Source: Phoronis australis (Eukaryota > Animalia > Phoronida). Taken from it: a DNA stretch of 64,000 bases. Below, piece after piece: positions 63,897 through 64,000 of this stretch. Numbering within the stretch: position 1 is the first letter of the stretch; every line of letters starts with the position of its first letter. A program made the position numbers and the translations under genes. Below the pieces are notes generated by a model. That model had not been told where the DNA came from. It was given only the letters and a program-made list of their open reading frames with translations, and searched no databases. The stretch lies in assembly GCA_002633005.1 (NCBI GenBank), contig NMRA01000166.1, positions 310,001 through 374,000 on the forward strand, given 5' to 3'.

Positions 63897-64000
63897 CGTC
63901 ACATAAATAGAATCCTATCACGGTAAGGAATATTATGATTCCAATTTGATGAAAGTTATAGGCATAATTCAATTACTGTGTTTGCCTTAATAAGCGCCCA

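Overview
AT-rich, intron-rich animal (invertebrate bilaterian-like) genomic DNA, with no prokaryotic features. It holds two + strand spliced genes. The first is the 3' half of an ASK-family MAP3K (MAP3K5/MAP3K15-like): end of the kinase domain, 14-3-3 site, C-terminal helical region and SAM domain, stop at 19364. The second is nucleoporin NUP205: 38 phase-consistent exons from ATG 23555 to 54895 (about 1890 codons), with the terminal exon(s) not found in the window and one U12-type intron. The introns carry LINE remnants, several MITE families, minisatellites and a family of Helentron/HINE-like non-autonomous elements. The most striking observation is that the internal array of this element is a 450-bp higher-order repeat of three ~150-bp monomers, each with a near-consensus, co-oriented CTCF motif. 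The element inserts into itself and is present in both orientations inside NUP205. Other notable items are tandemly duplicated splice sites in both genes and a candidate microexon/cassette-exon region with RBFOX motifs in the kinase gene. All calls were made by eye; no database searches were run.
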